Below the pieces are notes generated by a model. The model was given only the letters and a program-made list of their open reading frames with translations. It was not told the DNA's origin and ran no database searches. Shown piece after piece: positions 1 through 17,052 of a stretch of DNA of 64,000 nucleotides (position 1 is its first letter; every line of letters starts with the position of its first letter). A program made the translations under genes and the position numbers. Source of the DNA: Eledone cirrhosa (lineage: Eukaryota); assembly GCA_964016885.1 (NCBI GenBank), contig OZ024748.1, positions 50,034,001-50,098,000 of the forward strand. Reading direction: 5' to 3'.

Positions 1-1783
<1,783 letters not shown>

Positions 1784-2187
1784 CAAATTATGATTTTGGT
1801 TTGACATCTCTGATTTATTTTGCTCTTTCTATTCAGTGAATATATTTTCTCTTTTAAGTCTTTCTTTATTTTTAACCCTGAAGATACACCACAACAAGCC
1901 ACACTGGTCCATTTAACATATTTATATTTATAGATTAAATACATAAATAATATACAGAAATTATAAGCCTCCACAGATGAATTTGAATTTAGTTAGGAAA
2001 ATTTTGAATTGATGAGGAGAAATTGCTTATAAATCAGGTAGATACGACGTCAGGTAAGCAAAAACAATTACACCTCAAAACAGCATTCATATTTTTTTTG
2101 CGTTTGTTTTATTATTACGCTATACACACACAAACAAACAAACACACACACAAACAAACACACACACACACACACACACACATACAG

Positions 2188-2218
<31 letters not shown>

Positions 2219-2603
2219 CATTTAAATTATTGCATATGAATGAAAAACAGTGAATACGTTTGTATTTATAAATTTTAGCATTACTAGTGATTTCACAGAA
2301 CATCCTTGACAAGAGAAAAATCTTGCAACACAAACACACATACTTGCGCGCGCGCGCGCGTGCGTCTATGTATGTATGTATATACTCTTTTACCTGTTTC
2401 AGCCATCCGGCTGAGGCCATGCTGGGGCACTGCGTATGTATTTATATATGTATGTATGTGCAAAACTTTGTTACGATGTTTTCAAAACTGCATGGTTTCA
2501 TTTTAATTCAAATAAATTTCAATCGTTTCTAGATGACATTCATTTTATCTAACATTCATTAATATGCGACCTTGTAACAGCCTTAAACATTATTGCTATT
2601 TAT

Positions 2604-2743
2604 TAGTTACGTCCCTTTACGATCTGAGTTCAAATCCCGCCGAGGTTGACTTTGCCTTTCATCCTTACGGGGTCGATAAAATAAAGTACCAGTAATGAAC
2701 TGGGTAATTGCTGGCCTTATGCCTAAAGTAGAAACAATTATTG
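2604..2743 (+). mobile_element. tRNA-derived SINE (Meta/MESC-like core), 5'-truncated
   Basis: B-box GAGTTCAAATCC, core GCCTTTCATCCTTACGGGGTCGATAAAATAAAGTACCAG, tail GTAGAAACAATTATT; many copies in the window. Confidence 0.85.
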
Positions 2744-2759
2744 CTATTTATTAACATAT

Positions 2760-3115
2760 TTCTTCTTCTTGAGCCATCGGATTCCTTGAGGCGGTGGTGA
2801 GGCGGCATTGACAAATTTTGAGCTCCAGAGTCCTCGGTCGAACATTGCAGCACGCAGACTCGTACCTATGACGCCTGTGTCCATCTTATTGATTGATTTC
2901 AATGCGATAAATTGCCGGCCAACACGTCATTTTGCATCTGGAATTCAGAAGAGCATTCTTCCAGCGGGTTAATCATGGCAAGTGACATGGCTGACAACGG
3001 CCAGACAACGATGCCTCACAACACCAGAGATGACATGCAAGGATCCATACAGAGATTTGTTTGTTGGATGACGTCGTCAGAAGTTGTATGCCGAGCATAG
3101 CCTTCTGGTGGATGG
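2760..3115 (-). mobile_element. Degenerate RTE-clade LINE 3' fragment
   Basis: Minus-strand translation VRHRCLAVVSHVTCHD*PAGRMLF*IPDAK*RVGRQ...MDTG...AMFDRGLW resembles the RTE C-terminus (RRL..AGH..RH / GRP / DTG / M.DR..W). Confidence 0.68.
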
Positions 3116-3418
3116 TTTTATATATTTATTTTCCCTCGAATGTGATAAATGCATGATGTTTCAGCTATCTACACGAAGCAGTCTGACATATGTTAATCGT
3201 ACATAATCATAGCTAAATATTGATGGTAGCAAGAGTGAACAAGAAAGACTTTACAACATCTCTTGACATGATGATAACAGCAGTGACATCTCCCCTAAAT
3301 CAAACTTTAGTATCTAAACAAAGGACATCTTAGTTAATGTACTCATTGATACACTATGGTTGGGAAGAAAGACTAGATGGTCATGGACAGAATGTCTTTG
3401 ATTATTATAGCTTTACTG

Positions 3419-3637
3419 AGGGTGGTGGATTGGCAGTATCGGCAGAGGGTTGGACGCCATGTTTTGCCACATGGAGTTACGGCCCTTTATGATCTGAGTT
3501 CAAATCCTACCGAGGTTAACTTTGCCTTTCATCCTTACGGGGTCGATAAAATAAAGTACAAGTCATGCACTGGGGTCGATTTAATCGACTACTCCCCTCC
3601 CCCAAAATTGTTGGCCTTGTGCCTATATAAGAAATCC
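3419..3637 (+). mobile_element. Full-length SINE (long variant) with a 17-bp TSD, inserted in an older dispersed repeat
   Basis: Flanked by TTATTATAGCT(T/C)TACTG at 3402-3418 and 3638-3654. Confidence 0.88.
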
Positions 3638-3889
3638 TTATTATAGCTCTACTGGATCAGAGCTGACATACGGATGAACCTGTAAAAACAAATACTTAGC
3701 CATTGGTGTATATAGTTACTAGAGTAGAACATGTTTTAAACATAATTGATAAAACAGTAGCAGTGGTAACTACAGCAGTAACAAATGAGGGACAACAGTA
3801 ACAACGACAGTCACAACAACAGTAACAACGACAGTAACAACAACAGTGACAACAAGAGTAACAATGCCAGTAACAACAGCAATAATAAA

Positions 3890-6385
3890 AGGAACAACAA
3901 AAAAACAGCAACACCACCAACACCATCATCAACAACAGTAACAACAGCAATAATAAAAGGAACAACAAAAAACAGCAACACCACCAACACCATCATCAAC
4001 AACAGTAACAACAGCAATAATAACAGGAACAACAAAAACAGCAACACCACCAACACCATCATCAACAACAGTAACAGCAATAATAACAGGAACAACAAAA
4101 ACAGCAACACCACCAACACCATCATCAACAACAGTAACAACAGCAATAATAACAGGAACAACAAAAAACAGCAACACCACCAACACCATCATCAACAACA
4201 GTAACAACAGCAATAATAACAGGAACAACAAAAACAGCAACACCACCAACACCATCATCAACAACAGTAACAGCAATAATAACAGGAACAACAAAAACAG
4301 CAACACCACCAACACCATCATCAACAACAGTAACAACAGCAATAATAACAGGAACAACAAAAAACAGCAACACCACCAACACCATCATCAACAACAGTAA
4401 CAACAGCAATAATAACAGAAACAACAAAAAACAGCAACACCACCAACACCATCATCAACAACAGTAACAACAGCAATAATAACAGGAACAACAAAAACAG
4501 CAACACCACCAACACCATCATCAACAACAGTAACAACAGCAATAATAACAGGAACAACAAAAACAGCAACACCACCAACACCATCATCAACAACAGTAAC
4601 AACAGCAATAATAACAGAAACAACAAAAAACAGCAACACCACCAACACCATCATCAACAACAGTAACAACAGCAATAATAACAGAAACAACAAAAAACAG
4701 CAACACCACCAACACCATCATCAACAACAGTAACAACAGCAATAATAACAGGAACAACAAAAACAGCAACACCACCAACACCATCATCAACAACAGTAAC
4801 AACAGCAATAATAACAGGAACAACAAAAACAGCAACACCACCAACACCATCATCAACAACAGTAACAACAGCAATAATAACAGGGACAACAAAAAACAGC
4901 AACACCACCAACACCATCATCAACAACAGTAACAGCAATAATAACAGGAACAACAAAAACAGCAACACCACCAACACCATCATCAACAACAGTAACAACA
5001 GCAATAATAACAGGAACAACAAAAAACAGCAACACCACCAACACCATCATCAACAACAGTAACAACAGCAATAATAACAGGAACAACAAAAACAGCAACA
5101 CCACCAACACCATCATCAACAACAGTAACAGCAATAATAACAGGAACAACAAAAACAGCAACACCACCAACACCATCATCAACAACAGTAACAACAGCAA
5201 TAATAACAGGAACAACAAAAACAGCAACACCACCAACACCATCATCAACAACAGTAACAGCAATAATAACAGGAACAACAAAAAACAGCAACACCACCAA
5301 CACCATCATCAACAACAGGAACAACAGCAATAATAACAGGAACAACAAAAAACAGCAACACCACCAACACCATCATCAACAACAGTAACAACAGCAATAA
5401 TAACAGGAACAACAAAAAACAGTAACACCACCAACACCATCATCAACAACAGTAACAACAGCAATAATAACAGGAACAACAAAAACAGCAACACCACCAA
5501 CACCATCATCAACAACAGTAACAGCAATAATAACAGGAACAACAAAAACAGCAACACCACCAACACCATCATCAACAACAGTAACAACAGCAATAATAAC
5601 AGAAACAACAAAAAAACAGCAACACCACCAACACCATCATCAACAACAGTAACAACAGCAATAATAACAGGAACAACAAAAACAGCAACACCACCAACAC
5701 CATCATCAACAACAGTAACAACAGCAATAATAACAGGGACAACAAAAAACAGCAACACCACCAACACCATCATCAACAACAGTAACAACAGCAATAATAA
5801 CAGGAACAACAAAAACAGCAACACCACCAACACCATCATCAACAACAGTAACAACAGCAATAATAACAGGAACAACAAAAACAGCAACACCACCAACACC
5901 ATCATCAACAACAGTAACAGCAATAATAACAGGAACAACAAAAACAGCAACACCACCAACACCATCATCAACAACAGTAACAACAGCAATAATAACAGGA
6001 ACAACAAAAAACAGCAACACCACCAACACCATCATCAACAACAGTAACAACAGCAATAATAACAGAAACAACAAAAAACAGCAACACCACCAACACCATC
6101 ATCAACAACAGTAACAACAGCAATAATAACAGGAACAACAAAAACAGCAACACCACCAACACCATCATCAACAACAGTAACAGCAGCAATAATAACAGGA
6201 ACAACAAAAACAGCAACACCACCAACACCATCATCAACAACAGTAACAGCAGCAATAATAACAGGAACAACAAAAACAGCAACACCACCAACACCATCAT
6301 CAACAACAGTAACAACAGCAATAATAACAGGAACAACAAAAACAGCAACACCATCATCAACAACAGTAACAACAGCAGTAACACC
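3890..6385. repeat. Minisatellite, ~66-bp unit (63-67), roughly 37 copies, AAC-rich
   Basis: Unit AACAACAAAAACAGCAACACCACCAACACCATCATCAACAACAGTAACAACAGCAATAATAACAGG; units differ by +/-AAC and +/-A. Confidence 0.97.
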
Positions 6386-6796
6386 AACAAGCTAAAACAG
6401 AAATGCCCGCCCAATGTCCAAGCAAGCAATTATTTCTAAAACCATTTCACTAAAGATATGAACGGCTTTGTATTGTAACCAGTCGTAGCTTATCGCCAAA
6501 TTAATGAGTCTTTTCAAAGTGATGCTGGTGAATGTTAGCTAGGGTTGTTAACATGGTACAGCTTTTCATTGGACGCTAAATGTAATTATTAGCATCATAA
6601 TGAAGGAACGAATGAGAGGAAGAAAGATAATAAGTAACAAATAAAGAAAAAGAAACAAGTAAGAGAAATTAGTGAAAGAAATAGGAAAATGTAAAAAAAA
6701 AAATACAAACAAAAACAAGAAGAAAAAAAAGGAAGAGCGAATACTTCGTAATTAAATTCTTCAAGCTAATTCAGATGAGAGATAGAGAAATAGGAT

Positions 6797-6880
<84 letters not shown>

Positions 6881-7061
6881 ATATATATATATGTGTGTGT
6901 GTGTGTATAGATACATATATAGGCAGATATATTACTACATAGATATAGAGCTAAATAGATTATATATATATATATATGTATATGTGTACAAGAGAAAGAC
7001 ATACAGACAAACACGAATAGACACGTACATACATGAATTTAGGCGGTTATATATATATATA

Positions 7062-7122
<61 letters not shown>

Positions 7123-7135
7123 GAATTTAGGCGGT

Positions 7136-7195
<60 letters not shown>

Positions 7196-7629
7196 CATAT
7201 ACATTAAAAAAAGAGTGATAGTGTATCGGGGGATGTTGAGTGTGTGTGTGTGTTGGTATGGTTGTTTAGCCCTAGATCAACCCACCGTATTTCAGCTATC
7301 AGCAACCCATGTTTCTTATATTCAACAACACATTGTCTTCTGGGTAAGAGTGAGAGAGAGAGCAACGTGTAATTTGAAGGAGATTTGGCTGCTCTTTCTT
7401 CTAGATCAAGCAACCAGTGAGCGATTCTCCCTGTGTGTTTTTCCTTTTTGCGTTTTAATGATGGACGTTTGTGTTGGAGGACTTTATATAGCATTTTGTG
7501 TTTTGCTAGTGGTAGTTATTATATATCTTAATTTGAACCTTGATTCAGCAGAGCTAAGTTCAAAGATAATATTTCGATGTCAATCTCCACTTCATACAAT
7601 GCATTCTATATCTTCTGAAGATTGTGGAT

Positions 7630-7895
7630 GTATGAGAGAAAGAGAAATCATGAATTACAGAACATGCAGATCAGTGATGTATGTTGTTAAGAGACATAGA
7701 ATGAAATCGTTGGGACAGGTATTGAGGAAGGGCGAAAGGGACAAGGGTAATTAAAGTGGACGGAATTGGAGAACAGGGAAAATGATAGAGAAGGAAATGA
7801 AATCCAGGGAACGTTAATTGGGTGCAAATGATAGGAAACTTTTGAAGGGCCTTTCATGGGGCCGCAGGGATAAACAGTGGTTTAGCCGGGGAGAT
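7630..7895 (+). mobile_element. Possible degenerate RTE-like LINE 3' fragment
   Basis: SVMYVVKRHRMKSLGQVLRKGERD resembles RTE '..VK..RL.W.GHVLR'. Confidence 0.4.
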
Positions 7896-8142
7896 GGTCA
7901 TTAAACGCTTCTTGTTGTTATTTTGGGTAAGAAAGGATGGGGATTTGTGTCATATATCTCTCTCTAGTGGGATGCTGCTGTCGTTTGACACAAAGTCAGA
8001 TCTAATACAGCAGCACTTTGATTATGGTCTGGCCAGCTATGAACATCGCATCTTTCTTTTAAATATATCCCGTACTAAAGTATTCTATGTATATATTTAT
8101 TACACACACACACACCTATATATATATATATATACATACATT

Positions 8143-8178
<36 letters not shown>

Positions 8179-8379
8179 AACATACAGATACACAAGTATA
8201 AGTGATTGAATGGTCGCGCGTGTATGTGTGTATGCATCAGTAAAATGTATGAGTGTATGAGTATATATATGCCAGTGTTAAAAACCGAATTACTTGGCCA
8301 ATACACCATTAGACATTAGTTAAAACATGACCAATAAACATATAAAGATAGACAAGGATGAGCAATAAAGTACATTAGT

Positions 8380-8582
8380 TTAGATGTATACGTACATATA
8401 CATACATGTGTTTATATATACATTCGTACAAACATACATATATACAAGTATGTGGAGAGGTATACATATATATATGTACTCTCACACACACACAAATATA
8501 TATAAATATATATATATATATGTATATATACATATTTATATGTATATATGTGTACATATATACATACACACACACACACATA

Positions 8583-8619
<37 letters not shown>

Positions 8620-8998
8620 GTGCACATATATACATGTATATATATATATATACATATACATGTATATGTATACATATATATATGTATATATATGTATATG
8701 TGTGTGTGTGTGTGCATATATAAAAATACGCATGCGTGTTTGCATGAATATATCTATGTATATGCATTTGTCTGTGCGTACATGTGTTTCCATGTGTTTA
8801 TTTGAGTATGTATGTATGTATGTGTGTATGTATGTATGTATGTACGTGTGTGTATGTATGTATGTGTGTATGTGTGTGTATGTATGTCTGTCTGTATGTA
8901 TGTGTGTATGTATGTATGCATGTATCTATGTATGTATGTGTGTACATATGTATATATCTATGAGTGTATGTATGTATGCATTTATGTATGTATGTGTG

Positions 8999-9032
<34 letters not shown>

Positions 9033-9120
9033 TGTATGTATGTATGTATGTATGTATGTATGTATGTATGTATGTATGTATGTGTGTATGTATATATGTG
9101 TGTGTGTATGTAAATACATA
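8380..9120. repeat. Compound (TA)/(CA)/(TATG)n microsatellite
   Basis: Seen directly. Confidence 0.95.
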
Positions 9121-10211
9121 GAGCGAATCTATGGTATATCTTTTACAAATTTAATTTCTGCCAACGGTCACTTTTGTTTGTCGTTATGTTCTGTTTCTAG
9201 AATATGGCTTCATTTGTTCCATTGAACAATAGGAGAGTTAACGGAATTGCCAGGAAAATCCTGTCAGTACCGTTAACTAAGTCAAGTGATATTTGTATAT
9301 GGTGATTATATTAGCTGGACTTGTCACTATATTCGTCTTCTTTATAGTTCCCTTTTTTAGATTTCATAATGAATTTCAACAAAAGCTTCTTGTAACAAAC
9401 TTAATGAAACTTGGTAACAGCCAATAGTTTCTCTTGGAGACTAAGTGCTACGTGGTAAGTAACCAATCTGAGGGCTGGGCTTTTCTATATCTTCGTTTTT
9501 ATTCATTTATTTATATTTTTATTGGTTTTCTTTTCTTTCTTCCCCTTTTTCTGTATTCTTCCCCTTTTTTTTTGTATTTCGGAAAATTTATTATTTACTT
9601 TGTATATTATTTTCTGCTAATCTCTCAGTAAATTTACAGAGAAAAGACGGTTTGTGTCCGTTGACAATAAATCTATCAGTAGTAAGACAAATGGAAATGG
9701 GACGCACAAAAAATTTATGTGAATAGAGGTGACCTAATATTTTCCTTGGTTGTAAGAGTGGTCACAGAGTTAAATTCTTAGATTAGTATATATGTGATGC
9801 ATTTGGACTGAATAATGAGTACAATCGTTGCTTGTTAATGAACTGAAAAAGAAAAAGTGACTTCGTTGCCCAACTGATGTTTTGCAGCTTTTACAAAAAA
9901 GACTAAAATAAGTAAATAAACTTCTTGTCTCAGTTATATGCAATATAGAATGAAAATAACTAATGTTGCAGGCAGACATATCTTCATTATTTTAATGACG
10001 TATCGTCATAACGATATTGCGGCATGGTGAATTGGCAGCATCTGTAGAGTGTCGGACAACATTCTTTGTGGCATATAGTTACGGCCCTTTACGTTCTGTG
10101 TTCATCCCTCAGATGTTAGGTTTGCCTTTCATCTTTCAGCCTATGAACCTTTCCACTGACTTTCTTATATGAAAATAGTTTAAAACTAAAAAAAATATTG
10201 TTACTGTTCTC

Positions 10212-10657
10212 AGGGACATGTATATAATTGTTTCTAATTTTGGCACAAGGCCAGCAATTATCCCAGTGCATTACTGGTACTTTATCTTGTCGACCCCGTA
10301 AGGATAAAAGGCTAAGTTAACCTCGGCAGGATTTGAACTCAGATCGTAAAGGCCCTTAACTCCATGCTGCAAAGCATGGCATCCGACCCTCTAACGATAC
10401 TGCCAATCGAGGGACATACATATAATGGTTTCTTATATAGGCACAAGGCCAGCATATTTTGGGGGAGGGGGAAGTCGATTAAATGGACCCCAGTGCATGA
10501 CGACTGGTACTTTATGTTATCGACCCCGTAAGGATGAAAGGCAAAGTTAACCTCAGCAGGATTTGAACTCAGATCGTAAAAGCCCGTAACTCCATGCTTA
10601 GAAAGCATGGCGTCTGACCCTCTAACGATACTGCCAATCGAGGGACATACATATAAT
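10212..10657 (-). mobile_element. Tandem dimer of SINEs bounded by three copies of a ~17-bp spacer
   Basis: An AGGGACATACATATAAT-like spacer occurs at ~10212, ~10412 and ~10641, around two minus-strand SINE copies (one short and one long variant). Confidence 0.85.
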
Positions 10658-11456
10658 AATCTCTGGTCACTAGAGCGAAGCAAGTTATTAAATGTTCCTC
10701 AAATTACAAGATTCAAATAGACTGGATAGTTTAACGTAAATAACTGACGTGTTGTGAGGAAAAAGGACATTTCTCAATCTGGACGAAATGCCAAAACATT
10801 TCAGGCATATTTTCTACATGCTCCAGTGTTTAATCTCCAAATTTGGAACCCCTAATATCTCCAAATTTGGAACTCCTAATATCTCCATGCATGTATACCG
10901 AAATATTAAGTGCATATAAATAGCAGTACTCAACACATATAAGAATTTGTTTACTATAATGAGTTTTCATGAAGCTTGCAATAAACTTACATTTTACCCG
11001 TTCAATCTTTAAGAAGGTTTTCGAACTTATGTTTATGCATGAAAACAAACATAGCAAAAGAAACATTTAAAACAAAAAGCGTATTCATTTTTTTAAAGTA
11101 GGAACAGAACCAAGTAAGGGAGGGGTGAAATAACAACCCTACTTATTTAAAAATATTAAATGACATACATAGAAACCTGTAAAAGCAAAATCTTAAACTA
11201 GAGACACATGTTAAAGAAAAAAGAATTAGAGGGTGTGAAACACGCTGGCACTTATACGAACAATACATAATCTGTTGAATGCCAAGCCAAAGAAATAAAA
11301 CAGTATTGTCGTGTGAATATGAATGAAAGGGGGAAAAAGAAATTGATTGAAACAACAATCGAGAAAAAAATAGGAAAATTCTGGAGCAAAAACGATAAAA
11401 AGTCTTTTTGGATGGGATTATAGAAAGAAGCGGTTGTATATAAGAAAGCATGTATG

Positions 11457-11508
<52 letters not shown>

Positions 11509-11664
11509 CTATGTATGTATATGTTTGTGTGTGTGTGTGTGTGTAAATATATATTTATATATACATACATACATACATATGTTATATATATATATATAAA
11601 TATATATATATATATGTGTGTGTGTGTATATGTGTGCGTATATATTCATAAGTATAAATAAATA

Positions 11665-11728
<64 letters not shown>

Positions 11729-12785
11729 TATATAAACACATACTTCCATGAATGTAGATACACACACGGAGACAACAATGGGTGGTACCCAACCACTTGA
11801 ATCAAACGGCAAATTTAAAAGATCTGAAGTAGGTAAAATACCGAATACATGGCATAAACATGACAGGAATATTATGTACTAGAGAGAAGCCCCCTTTTAA
11901 TTAGAAAGCCTTTGCTTTTGTTACAATGAGTTGGTTAGTTTACGAAAAGAAAACATAGTTTGAATATCATGTAGCAATTGTGCAATTTGCAAAAAAATGT
12001 AATAAATAAATGTCTAAATAAATAATAAAAATAAAAACCTAGTTGCAAAAGAATGAGGCAATATTTCGAAATGGCAAGTGATTCAAAAGAATGTCCATTA
12101 ATCCATAAAAAAAAAATGATTGTTTACTTCAGAGAATATAAAAAAAGAGTCGTGAAATTAATGCCCAACAACAACATGGACAACAAACTATCAAATAACA
12201 CTGTTTGTTTTGTTACACGCATGCGCATGGGTGTGATTATGCGTACGCATAAAAAGAATAAGGTGTGTATCAAATTATGTCAATTTGCACACTGTACGCT
12301 CATTTACACAAAGGTACTGTACCCTTTCATCTACACATATTGGCTATGCTATTAAATTAAATATGGCCATATCCGATGTAATATACATTCCATACATACG
12401 GTACATACAAACATACCTATGCACTTATATACATAATTACATATGTACAAGTGTATATGTGTATATGTATACATATGTACTCATTTTTGCATAAATTATA
12501 TTTCACATACACTTACGTAAGTGGAAGCAGATATACAGGCACGCACACACACAAAGAGACACACATACACACGCACACAGACAAATATACAGACAAACAT
12601 ACAGACACACACACAGACACACACATATATATATATTTGATATATATACATATATATATACATATATATAAGTGAATGTGTATATATATTTAAATACATA
12701 CATATACATATATATGTGTGTTTATGTGTGTGTGTGTCTGTGCAGGTGTGTATGTGTGTGTGTGTACGTGTTTATTATTACATCA

Positions 12786-13132
12786 TTGCCTTTCATCCTT
12801 ACGGGGTCGATAAAATAAAGTACCAGTAATACACTGGTGAATTGCTGGCCTTGTGCCAAAAGTAGAAACAATTATTACATCTATAAACATACACACATAT
12901 TACTTTTGAGTAGGTATATTTCCAAAAATAAAACTAGTAAATCATTAATTGTTTCTACTTTAGGCACAAGGCTAGCAATTACCCAGTGCATTACTGGTAC
13001 TTTATTTTATCGACCCCGTAAGGATGAAAGGCAAAGTCAACCTCGGCGGGATTTGAACTCAGATCGTAAAGGGACGTAACTATGCTGGCAAGCATGGCGT
13101 CCGACCCTCTCCTGATACTGCCAATCCACCAT
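12786..13132. mobile_element. Tail-to-tail inverted SINE pair (12786-12878 +, 12947-13132 -)
   Basis: The SINE 3' half appears on +, then a full copy on -, about 70 bp apart. Confidence 0.85.
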
Positions 13133-13502
13133 ATCATTTTAATTATTTCGAGGGTGATTCTTTGTCAAAACCTTCAGTAGATACACATCATCAGGCCACA
13201 ACTATAATTACAGTAAGTCCACTAATGCCAGAAACAGAGACTCCATTGTTACCGAACTTCCAGTGTTGTTATAGCAGTTATTGTAGTATCTATTGCTATT
13301 AGGGTTAGGCTGGTGGTTTGGCAGAATTAATATAGTTTCTGCCCTTTAGGTTCATAGTTCATCCTTGCTCATTCATCCTTACGAGGGTCGATAAAATAAA
13401 GCACCAGTAATACACGGGGAAGGGGGGGGGGGACGATCTAATCGACTTCCGCATTCCCTTCTAATTGTTGGCCTTGTGTAAAATGTAGAAACAGTTATTA
13501 CT

Positions 13503-13746
13503 CAGGGTCAAACCGTGGGTTCGATTGTTGGACTGGCTGTGAGTTGTTTTTGCAGCAAAGACCTACATTTCACGTTGCTCCAGTATATTCAGCTGAAAAT
13601 GAGTAGCAGCGAGAGCTGGGGAGGTTTAACCCCCGCGATTAACTGGCGTCCTATCCAGGGGGAGTCATGTACTCTCATTTACTTCATTCAATGAAAACCG
13701 GGAGAAACTCTGGCCTGATGAGCCTCCGGATTCGAGACAGATTTTA
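13503..13746 (+). mobile_element. V-domain-like SINE
   Basis: GGTTCGATT B-box, CCCGCGATTAACTGGCGTCCTATCCAGGGGGAGT, and a tail GAAAACCGGGAGAAACTCTGGCCTGATGAGCC resembling invertebrate V-SINEs (from recall). Confidence 0.6.
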
Positions 13747-14399
13747 GGCGAGCAGATTCGGACACGAATGCCTTGCAGCAAGTACTTAATTTCGACTCTT
13801 TGCGGTCTATGTTCAAATCCGGCTGAATTCAGCGTCGTTGCCTATTATTATTCCACTTAAGTATTGTCGTCGATGTAATCAACATTTCCCTCTCCACAAA
13901 TTGTTGGTGTTGTGCCTGAATTATTAATCAGCGCCTAAGTATTCGCTGAAAAAACTCTCCTCGTCTTTATTTTATCGACCCCGTAAGGATGAGAGGCAAA
14001 GTTAACCTCGGTGAGATTTAAACTCAGACTGCAAAGGACCGAAACTCTATGCAGCAAAACATGGCGTCCGAGCCTCTACCGAAACTGTCAATAATAATGG
14101 TCAGATGTGAGTGTGTGGTTGGGGGTAGGCTATTTATCATTTCGCCCATCCTAATTATTTTGTGCCTCTGATAAAGGATTTTCGTTTCTTTTATTAAAAA
14201 TCAAAATAATGATTTATTCAACTAAAGAGGGGCAGAATCTGTTGTACTATCAAGGCCCATCTGTGCTAGTGAATTACACGGAAGAAGTTATATTCAGACA
14301 GAGAGTGTACTCGATTAAGTGAATCCAAGAGCCATATAATGTTAATTAAAGTAAACTATTAAGTGTATCACACGATAATCAGGAACTGTTCCACTGATG

Positions 14400-14555
14400 A
14401 GGTTCCCCGCAATTTCTGTCAACCAACTTTAACTCACAAGAATTTCGTCAACCCATGGCTATATTGACGGATACCTACCCAAGGAGCAGTTAAGTAGGAG
14501 TGAACACCAAACAGTTCAACTGGGAAGGGAACAGTCTAAAAACAACACAAACGCA
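14400..14555 (-). mobile_element. Degenerate tRNA-SINE of a second family
   Basis: ACTCACAAG...ACCTACCCAAGG...GAGTGAACACC resembles the reverse strand of a CORE-type SINE head. Confidence 0.45.
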
Positions 14556-14610
14556 TTTATAACAAAGAAATATAGAATGATTCGATCGACTAAAACATAT
14601 TACACTGATA

Positions 14611-14798
14611 CAATATATACTCGAGTATAAGCCGAATATGTGACTAAACAATCGATGGTAAAATGGGTGGTCGACTTATATACGCTAATGTGTTGATTAG
14701 CTGCATTGATTTATAAACGGGGCTTGGATGTTCGCCTATTTCTCAGACATAGGGGAGTCGACTTATATTCGGGTCGACTTTTATTCGATTATATACGG
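14611..14798. mobile_element. Tc1/mariner-pogo-type MITE with TA TSD
   Basis: TA|CAATATATACTCGAGTATAAGCCGA ... TCGACTTTTATTCGATTATATACGG|TA form imperfect TIRs; the GTCGACTTATA motif is repeated internally. Confidence 0.7.
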
Positions 14799-15436
14799 TA
14801 TGTGGTTAGCTCAGAAGAATTGAACTACAAGTCAATCCTGTTGTGATATGAACACAAACGTGTAAATATACGCAAAAATAATTGACATGGCCTTTAGTCG
14901 TCTGCTCAACTTGTTGAGGCTGTTGTTGTTAAAAGTGCGAATTGACTTCAAGGGTTTCCAACTTTATTGTCAGAAAGCCAGATATTTCCTATTTTAGGAG
15001 ATGTGAGGGAAGTAGACGATGGATCAATGCCAATATATGATTGCTACACGTGTTTTTGGCATAAATAAAGGGATGAAAGACAAAGTCAACTTTAACAGGA
15101 TTTGAACGCAAAACGGGAAGTGACGTAACGAAAATTTCAGAAAATATGTATTTTATAAGGAAAGGACCCGTCTGATTATACCAGCCACCACCCACTATCA
15201 TGTATTCAATAATATCAGGCAAGTTAGACGTGGTGGTGGTGGTGGTGGTGGTTGTGATGAGGGTGAGGATGATAGTGGAGATGATGATGATGATTATGAT
15301 TATGATGATGAGGAGTGTGATGAAGATGATGATGACGAGGGAGAGGAGGGGGAGTAGAAGGGTAATATTGGTGGTGTTATGGAAATATGTAATCGAGTGA
15401 AATGAATTCTAGAAAGTGAAAAGAAGACAGAGAAAG

Positions 15437-15518
<82 letters not shown>

Positions 15519-16300
15519 ATATATATATATGTATATGTATGTGTGTGTGTGTGAGTGTGTATGTATATATATAAAGAGAGAGAAGGGGGAAAGAAGGTTG
15601 TAGAAAGAGAACATTTTACGACACTATGTTGTGGATATATTTATAAATAAGTCGGAACCTTCTCTCATGTATGTCACATAAAGATGAACAATTAATGTTG
15701 CTTGTTTATGTTTTCTTCTCCTGATTATGACCTTCCCTTTTCGTCACCTTTTGTCTTCTGAAAGCATAAATCAGAGCTTGACATGAATTAACATTCAGCA
15801 TTGGGCAGAGTTTGCAGAAATGGTCGGATGAAGTCTTGCCCAGATTTTCACAAACCTTTTGAACTCTTAAATCGTCAGTCTTCTCGTAGTCAAAACGAGA
15901 GGAGGGACGAAAATACACACACATACACATACACACACATATATACACACACACATATGCACATACACACACACACACATACACACATACACACATGCAC
16001 ACACATATACACACATACACAGGCACAGAGAAAGAGGGAGAGAGAGAGAGAGAGAGAGACAGACAGAAGGGGAACACAGATCGAGAGAGAGATTCACAGA
16101 TCGAGAGTGAGAGAGAAGGGTAGAGAGTAACAGCGAGGAAGAGAGAGTGAGAGAGGAAGAAAGAGAGGGAGACGGGGATGGGGTGGGGAAAATTTGGGAT
16201 GGGAATGAGGGGCGAAATTAAAAGACTGGTTAGGTCATCTTGAATGAGATAGGCAAAACATCTCGGTAATAGCTCAATATGTGTAGATGTGTGTGTGAAT

Positions 16301-16348
<48 letters not shown>

Positions 16349-16453
16349 ATGCTCGCGTCTATGAATAGGGTGGAGGGATGTGTACAAATATAATTGAAAA
16401 ATTGCATGTAATAAAATATAATGTGCACACACACACACATATATATATATATG

Positions 16454-16534
<81 letters not shown>

Positions 16535-16559
16535 GTATGTATCTATGTATATATATATA

Positions 16560-16643
<84 letters not shown>

Positions 16644-16663
16644 TACCCACACATACACACACA

Positions 16664-16694
<31 letters not shown>

Positions 16695-16789
16695 GAAGAA
16701 AGAGATACTTTTATGTGTGGTGGTGTGTGTGTGTTTGTATATCTATGTGCGTGAGTTTAAATAAGTATATGCAAATAAAACGCATATTT

Positions 16790-16838
<49 letters not shown>

Positions 16839-17014
16839 CATACATATATATATATATTTTTTACTATATATATATATATATATACATGCATATGTAAAAG
16901 GTTAGGTGGGTAGGTACAAAACATACATACACATGTAAAACTAACTAGATACTTTGTGTCAGGCCGACATAGAGACAGAGAGTCTAGCTAGCTATTTCAA
17001 AAGACTGACAGATG

Positions 17015-17052
<38 letters not shown>

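Noticed and set aside
3696-6429. Poly-Leu/Val and Asn/Thr-rich ORFs
   Set aside because: These are translations of the 66-bp minisatellite; +/-1 indels break the frame repeatedly.
9201-9460. Plus-strand coding exon (acceptors at 9200 and 9360, donor GTAAGT at ~9455)
   Set aside because: Stops occur in all frames before the donor; at most a non-coding exon, and unsupported.
13692-13740. CTGATGAG near GAAA as a hammerhead
   Set aside because: Order and helices do not give a proper fold; it is better explained as the V-SINE-like tail.
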